DNA from: Chamberlinius hualienensis
Taxonomy: Eukaryota
NCBI GenBank assembly: GCA_054772095.1
Contig: BAAGAE010000033.1
Coordinates: 4,000,326 to 4,064,325, forward strand
Reading direction: 5' to 3'
DNA: 64,000 bases
Position numbers and translations under genes: made by a program. Shown in pieces: positions 63,577 through 64,000 of the stretch. Positions within the stretch are counted from its first letter, which is position 1. Each line of letters starts with the position of its first letter. The notes under the pieces were generated by a model. That model had not been told where the DNA came from. It searched no databases and saw nothing but the letters and a program-made list of their open reading frames with translations.

Positions 63577-63688
63577 CTTTTCAAAGCCAGGTTCATTATG
63601 GAAAGGCTTTTCACATAACAGAGACTGAATAGATATTAATACACTGGATAAACACTGCGCCGGACTCCACTGGGGTCCAAACCACGTT
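63577..63688 (-). CDS. UBE2Z: UBE2Z exon
   Basis: [37 protein letters not shown] matches [37 protein letters not shown]. Confidence 0.85.
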
Positions 63689-63752
63689 CTTAAATAGGTG
63701 TTATATGATTTAATGCCAATTGTATTTCATGAAAACTTTAGAATAGATTTAC

Positions 63753-63940
63753 CCAAGTATACTGAGACAGACTTTTCCATTTTTATAAAGATTTGGATTG
63801 AATCTAACAGTTTCAAAACTAGTAGTAATAAATTTAACTCGTGGTGGATGCATGGGATAGCTTGGTGGGAATCGTAACAAGAAATAAAAAAATCCTCCTT
63901 CATAAGGTGTACCAAAAGGTCCGGTGATCAGGGCGTGTAT
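63753..63940 (-). CDS. UBE2Z: UBE2Z (ubiquitin-conjugating enzyme E2 Z) exon, UBC core (gene continues upstream beyond window end)
   Basis: [62 protein letters not shown](G) matches human UBE2[64 protein letters not shown]. The active-site Cys lies in KVCLSIL. Confidence 0.85.
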
Positions 63941-64000
63941 CTAAAGAGAAAGTATTAACAACAAAAACACAATGTTCAATTTGGAATACTTAAAACAAAC

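Overview
Eukaryotic (metazoan) nuclear DNA, AT-rich at roughly a third GC, with GT-AG introns that range from about 55 nt to more than 5 kb. No prokaryotic features, rRNA, tRNA or CRISPR were found. Splicing by eye across conserved protein segments gives seven protein-coding genes: (1) PDCD6IP/ALIX (Bro1-V-PRR) on the minus strand at 1958..6182, 16 coding exons, about 871 aa; (2) a divergently transcribed plus-strand gene starting at 6869, with an acidic Ser/Asp-rich N-terminus and a conserved helical C-terminal domain (tentatively BORCS6/lyspersin-like), 3' end unresolved; (3) MsrB (Cys-type methionine-R-sulfoxide reductase) on the minus strand at 10389..11186, 4 exons; (4) a nicotinic acetylcholine receptor alpha-type Cys-loop subunit on the minus strand at 13342..16006, 7 exons found, signal-peptide exon not located; (5) PECR (peroxisomal trans-2-enoyl-CoA reductase) on the plus strand at 43806..57699, 8 exons, 303 aa, C-terminal SKL; (6) GPD1 (NAD-dependent glycerol-3-phosphate dehydrogenase) on the plus strand at 58363..60614, 7 exons, about 349 aa, with a probable GC-AG intron; (7) the 3' four exons of UBE2Z on the minus strand at 62905..63940, running off the window. 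A gene-poor interval of about 27.8 kb (16.0-43.8 kb) separates the receptor gene from PECR and is full of interspersed repeats, promoter-like motif clusters and TAAT-rich blocks. Repeats include a MITE-like TIR family (at least 4 copies), a second roughly 300-bp dispersed family, several tandem arrays (40-bp, 21-bp, 22-bp units), G16/C16/G15 homopolymer tracts and a roughly 1-kb tandem duplication downstream of GPD1. All coordinates come from manual reading, so exon boundaries may be off by a few bases.
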